Assembly: GCA_013239625.1 (NCBI GenBank)
Contig: MU056270.1
Coordinates: 248,001 to 312,000, forward strand
DNA: 64,000 nucleotides
DNA from: Lama guanicoe
Taxonomy: Eukaryota
Direction of reading: 5' to 3'
Notes under the pieces: generated by a model
Seen by the model: only the letters and a program-made list of their open reading frames with translations
What the model was told of the DNA's origin: nothing
Databases searched by the model: none
Translations under genes and position numbers: made by a program
Part shown: positions 63,790-64,000 of the stretch, piece after piece
How the letters are laid out: the number at the start of each line of letters is the position of its first letter
Numbering within the stretch: position 1 is the first letter of the stretch

Positions 63790-63935
63790 TCCCCATGAGA
63801 CAGGCACCACGTTAACCCCCATTTACGGTGCAGGCCACTGAAGCACAGAGGTCCCTCAACTTGCTCCCCGCAGCCCAGCAGGAGGCAGGGGACGGCCATG
63901 GTCCAACCCTTGGGAGTCTCACACTCAGCGGGCCC
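63790..63935 (-). mobile_element. MIR SINE core, degenerate
   Basis: ccccatttacggtgcaggccactgaagcacagagg...aacttgctcccc resembles the antisense MIR core cccattttacagatgaggaaactgaggcacagag. Confidence 0.5.
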
Positions 63936-64000
63936 AGACCAGCTTACTTCTGTCCTCTCAGCTCCTCGGCCCCAGACCGGCCCCTCTTCCTCTGGGGGAT

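Noticed and set aside
1307-63899. Hundreds of 60-250 aa ORFs in the six-frame track
   Set aside because: They are overlapping, R/P/G/A-rich and often start at GTG/TTG, as expected by chance in GC-rich intronic DNA. Only the segments overlapping the EXOC2 exons are supported.
1-64000. Nested HUS1B retrogene, known from the human EXOC2 locus
   Set aside because: No HUS1-like peptide appears in any frame. In human it lies toward the 5' end of EXOC2, which is outside this window.

Overview
Mammalian genomic DNA, most likely camelid (alpaca/camel/llama), judged from a Vic-1-type tRNA-derived SINE. The whole window lies inside one minus-strand gene, EXOC2 (exocyst component 2/Sec5). I traced 18 consecutive coding exons (exons 8-25 in human numbering recalled from memory; 1817 coding nt, about aa 248-853). 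Every junction is phase-compatible and the frame has no stops. Sixteen of the 17 complete introns are GT-AG and one is GC-AG. Both ends of the gene lie outside the window. Introns carry old L1, ERV-LTR, MIR and MER fossils, small tandem repeats and a 239-N assembly gap. No prokaryote-type system, CRISPR array or RNA gene is present, and nearly all ORFs in the supplied track are chance ORFs in GC-rich DNA. The most interesting signals are: (1) a patchy, kb-scale AT-to-GC and CpG-gain signature, consistent with GC-biased gene conversion, seen in paralogous L1 fossils, in exon GC3 and apparently in the protein; (2) an antisense SINE tail that forms a complete in-frame 6-nt candidate micro-exon; (3) a GC donor with an in-frame competing GT donor; (4) an unexplained 404-codon intronic ORF.
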